Shown: positions 25,222 through 37,143 of the stretch, piece by piece | Numbering within the stretch: the first letter of the stretch is position 1 | How the letters are laid out: every line of letters starts with the position of its first letter | From: Octopus sinensis | Taxonomy: Eukaryota | Reading direction: 5' to 3' | DNA: 64,000 nt | NCBI RefSeq assembly: GCF_006345805.1 | Contig: NC_043013.1 | Span: 19,964,001-20,028,000, forward strand | Notes under the pieces: generated by a model | What the model saw: the letters and a program-made list of their open reading frames with translations, nothing else | Databases searched by the model: none | Told to the model about the DNA's origin: nothing | Program-made: the position numbers and the translations under genes

Positions 25222-25484
25222 CGAATGTTCGAAATTTTTTCCCCAAAATAACATTTTCTAAACTATTTTTCAAGTCTTTCGTTATATTCTTCAGAATTCC
25301 TCCTTCGGAAGCAGAAAGAAGACATAAACATAAGTTTAGTATTGAGAGCAATAGTGGAACCAGCGACCTTTCGGTATTGATTGACAGTCTTGGAGCAGCA
25401 ATTATTGTTGAATTCCTGTTGACATTTAATGTCACCAAACAGTGAAATGTAGCATTAACCGAGCAGAAAGACAATTATGGAACT
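25222..25484 (-). other. Candidate host exon (unconfirmed)
   Basis: Minus-strand acceptor tttactcctgccag| and donor CATTCG|gtaaga flank non-repetitive sequence. The long open frame encodes a hydrophobic stretch LVPLLLSILNLCLCLLSASEG but has no in-frame ATG. Confidence 0.25.
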
Positions 25485-25670
25485 CTGGCAGGAGTAAAAT
25501 CGACCGATATATATGTGTGTGTGTGTGTTAGTGTGTGTGAGTGCATGTGTGAGAGTGTCTGTGTGTCAGAGTGTCTATGTGTGAGTGTGTATGTGTGAGA
25601 GAGAGAAACAGAATACTTGTGTACATATGTATATCAAATACAAACGAACGCTAAGCAAACAGCATTGTGT

Positions 25671-25712
<42 letters not shown>

Positions 25713-26005
25713 GTTATCGGGTATCTAGTTGACTTGATGGATGGCAGCGGGATATCTTGCTGGCTGGCTTACTGCGTGTACATATATATACGCGTGTACC
25801 GGTGTATGTGTATATATTCCGAAGAAGGACAGATTAGTCAAAACATGTTTATTTATTGAAATGAGAAGCTTCACTTTGCCACTGTTCCGTGTTTTATGGT
25901 TTTACGATCAATTACAGTGTGTGCGCGCGCAAGTACGCACACGCACACACACACACGCTCACGTAAACGCATACTCAAATACATACAAATCTTATTGCAT
26001 ACACG

Positions 26006-26040
<35 letters not shown>

Positions 26041-26295
26041 TCAAAATAAGCAACAAGGATATCCAAGGTAGTGTAGTACAATCGTTTCATGCTTCTTAAT
26101 TTTATTAAATACTGTAAGTTTTAAAATGTCGAATAATCTTCAGCGACATATAGAATTTTTTAATTAAATGGACAATGTACATTTTTATACTTATTTCATT
26201 TACCAACATTACAAAGAGGGTAATGAAAAAAAATATATATAAAGAGACAGAAAGAGAGGGAGAGAGAAAAAGAGAGAGGGAGAGAGACAATCACC

Positions 26296-26455
26296 AACGC
26301 GGCAGTGTCGTAAGAAGCTTGCTTTCCCAAAGCATGGTTCCGGGTTCAGTCCCACTGCGTGGCACCTTGGGCATGTAATTTTTACTATAGCCTCGGGGCA
26401 ACCAGAGCTTAGTTAGTGGATTTCGTTAAAGGAAACTGAAAGAAGCCCGTCGTAT
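26296..26455 (+). mobile_element. SINE family B, 5' half
   Basis: gtaagaagcttgctttcccaaagcatggttccgggttcagtcccactgcgtggcacc. Confidence 0.8.
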
Positions 26456-26472
26456 ATATATATATGTGTATA

Positions 26473-26694
26473 TTACTGTTAATGTCAGCAAAGCAGTATT
26501 TAGGTATAAGTACACTTGAGGTTAGTTAAAATGTGTGTGCAGTTACCGTGGAGTAAAATTCTCTTATTACTTCCTGTTGCCATAAGAGAGAATTTTTCTC
26601 CACGGTAATTGCAGTGAAATATGTTACAAACATATTTTCACTAATCTAAACTTTACTTAAGCCTAAATACTACCTGGCGCTGATATTACGGTAA
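26473..26694. mobile_element. Branched fold-back (MITE-like) element
   Basis: Nested inverted repeats: 26473-89/26679-94, 26495-504/26662-71, 26539-53/26598-612 and 26613-25/26629-42. Confidence 0.5.
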
Positions 26695-27019
26695 CTTCCA
26701 TGACCTCGGAAGTCTACTGGCGCAAAATAGTCAACGCTGTTGATTGTGTAATAATTAAAGACATGGCTTTAATAAGTTATGTTCAGAGTTCTATCTCCTA
26801 AGAGTTTCCCACTTCGTAACGGCTAAAAACGGTTGAAATATCGACATCTGGAAATCCGATAGGTGGTAACTCAGGATAGATACGATGGTTTTACACCTTT
26901 TTACCATAAAAGATAATTTTTCTTCTCGCTAACGGCAGTGAATTTACCTTTTAGCAGTTCAAATATGTCACAAAAATATTTTAACTAACCTAAAATCTGT
27001 GTGTGTATGTATACATTCA

Positions 27020-27068
<49 letters not shown>

Positions 27069-27110
27069 GTGTGTATATATACTTACATATATATGTATAT
27101 GCATGTGCAT

Positions 27111-27361
27111 ATATGGGTACAGGACGTCATAGAACGTAAACATAAAATACGAAATACGAAAACATGGAATGCTGTTTTTGCGAACAACGAAAGAAACAAA
27201 TGGAAAACAAGACAAATAACATAAAGAACGACCCTTCATCAGTTGTCGGCTGTTTTATCTACTCCGCATTTCTTTCGTTGTTCGCAAAAAAAATTAGTAT
27301 TCTATGTTTTCGTATTTCGTATTTCATGTTGTCTTCGTTCTATAACGTCCTGTATCCATAT
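27111..27361. repeat. Inverted repeat (~86-92-bp arms) in (TA)n with a CTGATGA-containing spacer
   Basis: Arms 27111-27196 and 27269-27361. A spacer 22-mer (27232-27253, minus) is identical to 36252-36273. Confidence 0.8.
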
Positions 27362-27448
27362 ATATGCATATGTATATACAAATATGTAATTATGTACATA
27401 TATGTACGTATATATGCACATATATATATTATTTATATTATTATATGA

Positions 27449-27776
27449 GTGAAGGTGCATGGCTTAGTGGTTAGAGCGTTGAGCTTACGATTGCGAGGTT
27501 GTGAGTTCGACTCCCGGACCGGGCTGCGTGTTGTGTAAGTCACTTTATTTCACATTGCTCCAGTTCACTCAGCTGTAGAAATGAGTTGTGACGTCACAGG
27601 TGCCAAGCTCTATCGTCCCCTTTGCCTTTCCCTTGGATAACACTGGTGGCGTGGAGAGGGGAGACCGGTATGCATGGGCGACTGCTGGTCTTCCATAAAC
27701 AACGTTGCCCGGTTGTGCCTGGGAGGGTAACTTTCTAGGCGCAATCCCATGGTCAGTCATGACCGAAGAGGGTCTC
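27449..27776 (+). mobile_element. tRNA-derived SINE, family C
   Basis: gaaggtgcatggcttagtggttagagcg..gagttcgactcccgg; homologous to 13849-14184. Confidence 0.88.
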
Positions 27777-27835
27777 AGCTCATATGATTGAAGGCCACGC
27801 ATCCATTTCCAAGTAAGTTTTATCTCTCTCTCTCC

Positions 27836-27884
<49 letters not shown>

Positions 27885-27943
27885 CATATGTAAGTATATT
27901 GTATGGTGTGTATATATATATATATGCTGTATATATATAAATG

Positions 27944-27981
<38 letters not shown>

Positions 27982-28003
27982 CATTTATGTGCTATCTGAG
28001 TAT

Positions 28004-28061
28004 ATTCCACTGACGAAGGCAGAGAACCCTTATGCAAAGCCAGAAATCCGGGATCTTGAAT
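28004..28061 (+). ncRNA. Minimal type-I hammerhead ribozyme (Penelope-like terminus in (TA)n)
   Basis: AUUCCA-CUGACGA(28010-16)-A GGC..GCC A-GAAA(28043-46)-UCC(G)GGA-UC^UUGAAU. Stem I has one mismatch, there is an A.A opposition at the base of stem II, and the cleavage triplet is AUC. Confidence 0.6.
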
Positions 28062-29010
28062 TATCCAGTAAAATCTTTTGCTAGTTTATTTTGTCTCTCT
28101 GTCTTCTCTCCTAGTGAACATTTAATGTGGCTTAGAATCAGATTTTGACTGCTATTTCAGCGTGGTGGTATCTCTCAGATACCCTAAATTATGATTATAT
28201 ATATATATATATATATACACGTGTGTGTGTGTGGTGTGTGTGTGTGTGTGTGTCACCAGCGCTTGTAATGTATCTTGGGCGTATTTCCTATAACCTCGTG
28301 TCTACCCATATATTCTGAGTGAAACTGAGTAGGCAAAAGAAAGATAATGAATCAAACTTTTGTTTAACCTTATACAAGATCCTGTTTCAAGCTTAAGGTA
28401 AAAACTTATACCTACTGCTGCTTCAGAACCGCTGATGGTGAGTTCACGAGTTCACATACCCATAATTTAGGCTTTTCAAAAAATAATGGATCCTGGGGGT
28501 CTATCTGTTCAACTAAAATTCTTCAAGGCGGCTCCCCGGCATGGCCGCAGTATGAGTGAAACAAGTAAAAAAAAATTGTACGGTGTAATCCAAGATGTAC
28601 CAAAAGACCACATGGTCATGGCTGGACTGACTACACATGTGACCATAGTTCTGCTCAGTCCAGTTAAACTTGTGGTAAGTAACCAGAGCAACGTGTACGT
28701 TTGTATAAGTGAATAAAGATGGATCTGATTGTCCAGTAGGAAGGACGAGATGCCTCGGGGCAAAACAATTACAATAATGACGGCAACAACAATACAATAA
28801 CTACAAATTAAGCTACACATCAAGTCTCCTGGTTCTGACCCCCAGCTGCCGGATACAAAAACGAGAATGCTGGAGTTTTTCCCGATGTTTACCTGCGATG
28901 TTCCGATGTTTCATGCATACATCGTCTGCACCACAAAATGGCGTTTACAATCATTAAAAGCAATATTCAAATAATCACACACACAAACACACAATACACA
29001 CACACACACA

Positions 29011-29051
<41 letters not shown>

Positions 29052-29599
29052 AGTATAGTTCAAGATTTAAAAATTCACACGGTTTATCGATTGTTTCTCC
29101 AGTTCGATTCACATTAAAATGTCATTTGGTTTTGTTACAAATGTTAACATAGTTTCGTGTTTACCGTGTTTTTCTCTCAAATCTCCCCCCCCTCCACGTG
29201 CCCTCCTCTGCCACCAGCAGACAAAATTGAAAATTTAGAAAAGAAACAAAATCTCAGAGATAATTCCATGATTCAACCGAGACGTTGTTCTCCATTTAAC
29301 TTGACAGTAAGCCCGGCTTCGGTTATCTCGAGTTCGAATCACCTGCATATGCTTTTTTCTTATGTGGTTCATTTCCATTTCAAAGTCAAACTGGATTGAG
29401 CGCACATAACAACGAAGCATTCTATTTGTGACCAACTCGGTCGTCTTTATAGGTTTATCAGGGATTATATTGTTCAACGTATATATATTTTTTCTTTCAT
29501 ATTTCAGGCTATAGAAAGTGATTTAAGCTGTTATTTTTAGTAGATCAGACGGTGTTTCATTGATGTGTAAGCCATGGTCAGCCTTAACTGAGAAACCTA

Positions 29600-29813
29600 T
29601 AATGGTTTCAAATTCTGACATAAGGCCAGCAATTTCGTGGGAGGAGGTAAGTCGATTATATCGACCCCAGTACTGAACTGGTACTTATTTTATCGGCACC
29701 GAAAGAATGACAAGTAAAGACGACCCCGCTCGGATTCGAAATCAAAATGTAAAGTCAGAAGAAATGCTGCTAAACATGTCTGATGCAGTAATGATTCTAC
29801 CAACTCACCTCCT
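29600..29813 (-). mobile_element. SINE family A variant (alternative tail)
   Basis: Family A core (gtcgattatatcgaccccagt..ctggtacttattttatcg) with tail aaattctgacataaggccagcaatttcg. Confidence 0.7.
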
Positions 29814-29824
29814 CAGTAACCAAT

Positions 29825-30425
29825 TATAAAAAGCATTCTGCGGGCCATGTCAACTTTGCTGCTTATATGTGTAGCCCAGCTTATGTTGTTCACAGTTACT
29901 CCCAAGTCTCTGATGTTGTTAGATGCCATGAGAATTTCACCAGAAGGAAGGTAGTATGGGAGTTTCAGAGCATCCTCCCTTCCAAAGTGGATCAGTTCGA
30001 ACTTGTCTTCGTTTAGCAACATGTTGTTTTTTTCCGCCCATTGGACAACAGCCAGTAGGTCTGACTGAAGGCTTATTCGGTCATCCACGCCATTGATGAT
30101 CTTCTGGAGCTTGGAGTCATCAGCGAAGATTCTGATGTTACTGTGTTTGATGGTGTCAGTAATATCATTTATGTAGATGATGAAGAGAAGTGGGCCCAAC
30201 ACATTGCCTTGTGGGACACCACTGCTGACTTTGGCTGGGCTGGATTTGACTCCTTCCATTACAACATGTTGGGTTCTGTTTGGCAGGAAACGCTTGATCC
30301 ACTGCAGCAGCTTTCCAGTGACACCAATATTGGACAGCTTTTTCAAAAGGATCTTATGATTAACCCTGTCAAAAGCCTTGCTGAAATCAAGGTAGATTAC
30401 ATCAGTGTTAGAACCCTCTCCAAAG
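29825..30425 (-). mobile_element. CR1/Jockey-group LINE reverse transcriptase fragment
   Basis: YLDFSKAFDRVNH..SSGVPQGNVLGPLLFIIYINDI..FADDSKL..IRDLGV. Confidence 0.92.
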
Positions 30426-30785
30426 GCTCACACAACACACACACACACAAGGAGAGAGAGTGAGAAACACATACACAGAAGTACATACACGCAAATACAT
30501 AAAGACATACATACATTCACATATACATACATATATGTATATTGTAATCTATAATCATGTATATTTTATGCGTGCGTATATATCTATGTATATGCATGTA
30601 TGCATGCATATACTTGTGTGCGTGTAAGTAACTATGTCTATAATTACTCATGTGTATATGTCTATGTATGAATATATATATATATATATATATATATTTG
30701 AATTTTCTCTGACTCCTCAGATTTTTTGAATGCTGGACTACTGGTTTTAAATTGATATTAAAATTAATATTAATTTATCTCCCTC

Positions 30786-30825
<40 letters not shown>

Positions 30826-31045
30826 AGAGGGCATTATTACAACATAAATGCTCACACTAAGAGGGACATAAGACATTAGTACCAAAAATTTCACTAATCA
30901 TACCCAATGCAGTTTTTCAAAGCAAGACATTCATTTTTTTAAATGTCTTGCTTTGAAAAACTGCATTGGGTATGATTAGTGAAATTTTTGTAGTAATGAC
31001 TTTGTCCCTCTTAGTGTGAGGCATTTATGTGTAATAATGCCCTCT
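30826..31045. repeat. ~105-bp-arm palindrome inserted in (TA)n
   Basis: agagggcattattac...agcaagacatt / aatgtcttgct...gtaataatgccctct, with a ~10-nt spacer near 30932-30941. Confidence 0.9.
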
Positions 31046-31174
31046 ATATAATATAAATTAATATGTTCAAAAGAAAAAACTTATTTTCGAATTTTTTATC
31101 TTATGAGGTTTTTCACTCTAACTACCTGATAATTTCTTGTCAAGATTCCTTATTAAGAAGTTATCCTTAATTGT

Positions 31175-31207
<33 letters not shown>

Positions 31208-31285
31208 GTCCCGGGTTGATCCGGGGTAACCACAGTAAGTAAGGTACTCAATACATAGCAGAGTAAATTAATTATTAATAGAAGG

Positions 31286-31336
31286 AGCTTCTACAGGACT
31301 AGTACTGTTTCATTCAAGAGAAATCTTCAGGAAGCT
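31286..31336 (-). ncRNA. Mirror-image hammerhead on the minus strand
   Basis: Reverse-complement arm; the stem II loop is 1 nt longer (UCUU). Confidence 0.65.
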
Positions 31337-31362
31337 CAAGGAAGCTTCCTGAAGCTTCAGGA

Positions 31363-31412
31363 AGCTTCCTGAAGATTTCTCTGAATGAAACAGTACTAGT
31401 CCTGTAGAAGCT
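31363..31412 (+). ncRNA. Minimal type-I hammerhead ribozyme
   Basis: AGCUUC-CUGAAGA(31369-75)-U UUC(UCU)GAA U-GAAA(31387-90)-CAG(UACUAGUC)CUG-UA^GAAGCU. It has a 6-bp stem I and a 4-bp stem III with palindromic ACUAGU in the loop; stem II is weak with a U.U base. Confidence 0.7.
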
Positions 31413-31460
31413 CCTTCTATATAATAAATATATATATCTATATATATATATATATATATG

Positions 31461-31504
<44 letters not shown>

Positions 31505-31818
31505 TTATTATTTATATATATATACACCCTCTTTGAAATGCTGGCAAATGGAATAAGTATATAAATGTACATTGTCTATTTAATTAAAAAAATTCTATAT
31601 GTGGCTGAAGATTGCACTACATTTTAAAACTGATGTAATACTTGCATTGTTTAATAAAATGAAATAGCATGAAACGATTGTACTACACTACCTTGGATAT
31701 CCTTGTTGCTTATTTTTTTTATAATCACCCCATTTGATTTATATGGATACTACCATACCAAATTCTGGTGCCTTTAAATTAAGTACCATATTCATCTGAA
31801 TCAAAATTTGGCTGAACT

Positions 31819-31853
<35 letters not shown>

Positions 31854-31858
31854 AGGTG

Positions 31859-31889
<31 letters not shown>

Positions 31890-33136
31890 TGTGTGTGCAT
31901 GTATGTATGAATATATGTACATGCAAATATATATATATCTGTGTGTGCGTGTGTGTAGGTGTGTGAAATATGTGTGAAATGTTTGACATGCATATATATA
32001 ATATGTATGTATGTATGCATTCATGGCCAACCGCCCATCTACGCACGTCAGTGGTGTGATATGGAAGCCAGCGATGCGTGTGAAGAGAGAAGACGGCCAC
32101 TGTTAATCGTGTGTCTGTCAGTGGTGTTTTAACTAACAACATATCTGAACGATGCATTATATCACTTCAAAGGTTTGATCTTTTGAGAGAATGACCTTTA
32201 ACGAATGGATCAAATTGGCACCCTTCCTTCACTCCCATCAAATATTATACTTTCATGGCGCACGATATTTCAAATGTATTTCTTATGCCGTGCCAAGAAT
32301 ATGATAAAGTCGCACTTCAGCACTCCATAACCATAAACCAGCTCTCTGTATATTAATAATTCCACATCTTGATTCTAATGAAGATGAAGATGACAATCTA
32401 TTTCCTGAGATATTTGATCAAAGAATTACAGTTTTAGGATTACTTCTAGCCTTTAGAAGAATATTTGCGTAACACTTGTCGTTGTAGTTATCGGTGTTGG
32501 TTTCCTTGTGGCTGCTGTCGACGTCGTTGTCGTTCTTGCTTAGCTACAGGTCAATAATGATTAAACCGGCTCAAGATGAAAGACGTACCGGCAAGTACAA
32601 TCATCTATTTTACGGGCTTCTATGAATATATTATCAATTAACCCTCCACCTTTACTTCTCAACACAAGAGTGTGTGATTTGAGAGAGATTTGACTGCTAT
32701 ATCTAACAGATCGACGGAACACGCAGAATCTACCAGAATGAATGTTACATCTTCTGTAACATTTAAAGAAGGATGCTGCACTACTGTGAGTTGTAATTAG
32801 GATCTGTTGTTGTTGTTGTTGTTGTTGATGATGTTATTTTGCCTCAGCTCAGAGATGACCAAGCAGAATCATTCCAGCCGTGATCGTCCCGTCTTTTTGA
32901 GACACAGTATTATAGCTATAACTACATTTTCTGACGTCGGGAGAGGACGTTACATAAAATTGATCTTTACATTTTCTTGTGCTAACCTGTTTGAGCTAAA
33001 ATTTGTGAAACTTGATACCAGGTGAAAAGGTTTCTTCTGAATAAGTAATAAAGATATAAAATTAATGGTACAAATCTATATGCATATATTTGCGTTTGCA
33101 TGCGTTTGGAGGTAAATTTATAACCACACACATAGA

Positions 33137-33172
<36 letters not shown>

Positions 33173-33504
33173 GTATGCATCTACATAATCTATATTAATA
33201 TATATTTCTACGTATGTTTGCATTTATATACATGTACATATGTGTGTGTATGTGTTTTTTGTGTGTGGCTGCTTGATTTTGTGTGTTTGTATGCACGTAC
33301 GTATGCTTATATATATTGCATGTTATTTTTCGTTCCCTCCTTGGGCTATAACCTGTAATGATATTGACCACGTGACAGTTAACATCCGACTTACAAACCA
33401 TTATATTGCGCTTCATTCTAGTAACAAATGATGTTCTTAGTATAATTACTAGTGAAGCCCCGCACTAATACTCTTATACAAGTCTATATGTATATATAAA
33501 TATA

Positions 33505-33667
33505 TAGGCACAGGCGTTGATGTGTGGTAAGAAGCTTGCTTCCCGATCACATGGCTCTGGGTTCAGTACCACAGTCTGGCACCTTAGATGTCTTCTACTA
33601 TCGCTTCGGGGCGACCAAAGCCTTGTGAGTGGATTTGATAAATGGAGACTGTAAGAAACCCGTTGTA
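33505..33667 (+). mobile_element. SINE family B, 5' half
   Basis: ggcacaggcgttgatgtgtggtaagaagcttgcttccc..gggttcagtacc. Confidence 0.75.
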
Positions 33668-34074
33668 TATATATATATATATATATAAAACTGAAATGCG
33701 TTTTTACCGCTTGGATCGCTTTCAAGGCCACTACATCCCGTCCGATTCACTCCAAAATTTACAAAGACGTGTAAAATGAAATGACGATGCCCCTGGGCTA
33801 CCTTAGAAATCCCTATCTTAAAAGGTGTCGTAGCTAGGGCCAAAAACCCACTTTGACAAGTCCACTCTCATTCTTTAATGTATCTGTCTTCCTCAACTCA
33901 CTCTCGCTATTTCCTCTCTTCCTAGCACTTTTCACTCACTCTGTTTCCTACCTTCCCATCACTTCGGCGTTCTTTTATGTATCTGTCTGCATTCATAGAG
34001 AGAATTATCATCGCCACAAACAACACACGAGCATGAGAACAAATATTATGAATCAGATATTTCTTGCGTTCATT

Positions 34075-34105
<31 letters not shown>

Positions 34106-35325
34106 TCTATATATAAATATGTATATATAATGTATGTGTGTGTGTTTTATATATAAATATGTATATATAATGTATATATACAAAGTGTATATATCTGTAT
34201 TTATGTATATTAAACTTTTTAATACTTTTCATAGTTATATATATTTTTAAACAAATTATAAATATAATTTAATAATTTTTATTTTAAATTTAAATAATTT
34301 AAATTTTTCAATTTTATATTTTATATATTTTCTAGATTATATTTTTAGTTTTATGTCTTTGTTTTTCGTTTTTCACTGTTTGATTTGCCTATTAGTGGTT
34401 TTATCTCTAATTTAATTTATACATATATATATATAATTTGTATACATTTGTATATATAATGCGTGCACACACACACACACTCATATATATACATATATAT
34501 ATATATATAATGTGTGCATTATGTGGTCGGTCGGTGCAGCTGAAAATATGCACACCTATGTTAAAAGTGCTGGCAAGTTTGCATGACAACTATTTTTTTC
34601 CTCAAATGAAAGGCGTGATCTCTAGGACAAAATTCCTCATCTTATAAAATGTCGCCCCAGTACACCCGAATGAAATCGGGTTATATTAACCAAAATGTGA
34701 AAAGGGGTCTAAATTGGGCTGGAAAGGGATTACAATTTAAAGAGGCGAGTGTTTAGGAATTTTCTGTTACATCAAGCTAAAAATTTGGCGCCAGCCTTTT
34801 AATCGTCAATGTGTTGCCGTCCATGATGAAGAAGTTTTGAATGCTTGCCATGGTGAGTCTACTGTCGTGAGAAAGAATCACTTCAAAACTTGGTGTTTAC
34901 GAATTTTCTTTTACATCAAGTTCAAAATTTTACGCCAGCCGTTAAACTGTCAATACGTTGCTGTCTGTCGTTAAGAAATACCAGCCATGGTGACTCTACT
35001 ATCCTCAGATTCTATCCCTTCAAACTTTGGTTTCCAATATTTTATTATTTTTATTCAGCTCGCAAGTTCATCTGTCCCTTTTAAATGTTAGCGTTTTGCT
35101 GTCTGCCTTGAAGCAGACCTTTCCGTTGCCACTGCCTGATATTTATGATTGATCTTTCTAAATATTTTATTTCTCAACTTACTCAAGATCTTTTGTTGTT
35201 TATAAATGGGAGAGAGATAGATAAAGATAGAGAGTAAGAGAAAGCGAGGGGGAGTCCGAGAGAAAAGAAAAGTAAGAGAGTGGGGAAAGTGAGAGAGAAA
35301 GGAGAGAGAAGCAAAGAGGGAGAAT

Positions 35326-35631
35326 AATCATCATCATCGTTTAACGTCCGTTTTCCGTGCTAGCACGGGTTGGACAGTTTGACCGGGGTCTGGGAAGCCA
35401 GGAGGCTGCACCAGGTTCCAGTCTGATCTGGCAGTGTTTCTACAGGTGGATGACCTTCCTAACGCCAACCACTCTGTGAGTGTAGTGGCTGCTTTTTTCG
35501 TGCCGCCCGCACAGGTGCCAGGGGAGCTCGCAGCTTCCACGATCAGTTGGTGCTTTTTACGTGCCACCGACACAGAAGCCAGTCAAGGCGGCGCTGCAAT
35601 CGGCCACGTTCGGATAGTGCTTTTTACGTGC
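35326..35631 (-). mobile_element. RTE 3' UTR fragment with (GAT)n tail
   Basis: Homologous to 44820-45012 and to the 61-bp repeat unit, and ends in (gat)n on the minus strand. Confidence 0.8.
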
Positions 35632-35698
35632 TGAAAGGAAGCAACAGAAAGTAACAACCACACTCTTACCCGCGCGTAGAGCGGGTCACCTTCAGCTA

Positions 35699-35748
<50 letters not shown>

Positions 35749-35778
35749 TATATATATATAATATATATATATATGTAT

Positions 35779-35829
<51 letters not shown>

Positions 35830-37075
35830 CATCTAATATAGGATAAAAGTTTTCGAAAAAAATTCTATCAATGGCCAGCATATTAAAAAATATCTTTAAA
35901 GGTTAAATTCATAAACAACTTATAAACAAGGGCAAAAGAAAAAAAATTCTAATGCCAAATATGCCGAAAATAGACAAATCGCCAATAACCGTATAATTTA
36001 TCACTATAAGCACGCGTCTCGAAGTAATCCAACAGAAATTTCTCCTCGTCAGCGATAAATACGGTGAGAAATAAATGAAATACTTACTTATACCCATATT
36101 TTCGTTCGGTTTCCTTGTATGTCTCCACTGTTCTGTTTTTGTTCCCAAATTTGACCCTCCATAAATCCAAGGTTATATTTTGGTATTTATGGGAGCAACT
36201 GTCTTCGAAGACTCATATTGTTATTCAATGCTCGAAATGACGAGTATATAGACAGCCGACAACTGATGAAGGGTTTTTTTCTTTGTGTGCTAATCTTCGG
36301 ACGTCGGGACAACCACAAGTTGGCAACTATTGGTAAGTCCCTGAGTAACGTCTTGTGAAAGCTGACCAATTGAAAATGTTTTCTAACACACACACGTGCA
36401 CGCACGCACAAAAAAAACACAATTATATACATACATACATGCATACACGCACACATATGCGTGTGTTTTCGTAAGAGCGTGTGCTTACTGAGTCCGATAT
36501 ATTTTGATAATCATTGTATCGACATACCGTATTCATACACAAATACACACGCGCGACCCAACACACACACACATACACACATTCATACACACACATACAT
36601 TTGTATATGTGTCAGGGCTGGAAATGGGAAGGTGTAGAGGTTTCATAACACTAATGAAGCAAGCAAAACTTATTACGAAATCTATTTTAAGGTATCATTC
36701 GGGAAATATTTAATCTCGTTTAGAAACCTTTGGCTATTTTCTAAAGAGACTTTCATGAAGACATGAAGTCATTAATCAACTGTACCTCCTACACACTCAC
36801 GCACACACACACAGAGACACACACACACACATACATACTCCACCACGACCATCACCGCCACCACGACCATCACCACAACCACGAGAGCCACCACAACCAC
36901 CACCACAGAGATAAGAAACTAAATCTGTAGAATGGTACATGTGTTTCATAGAGCTGAACTGGAAATACAGACTGGGGTAGAATTAAGTTAAATATTGAGT
37001 TTGGAGTCAGTTGAGAAGAATTGGTTACTCTCTGAAATAATTTGTGACTGTGGAAAATTCTTGATTAACATAATC

Positions 37076-37143
<68 letters not shown>

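Larger units (their letters stand above)
31204..31420. mobile_element. Penelope-like inverted terminus pair in (TA)n
   Basis: Inverted repeat 31278-31420 with nested aagctt/caggaagcttcctg palindromes at the apex. The left flank shares ttactct..gtattgagtac with the 2334-2611 element. Confidence 0.7.
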
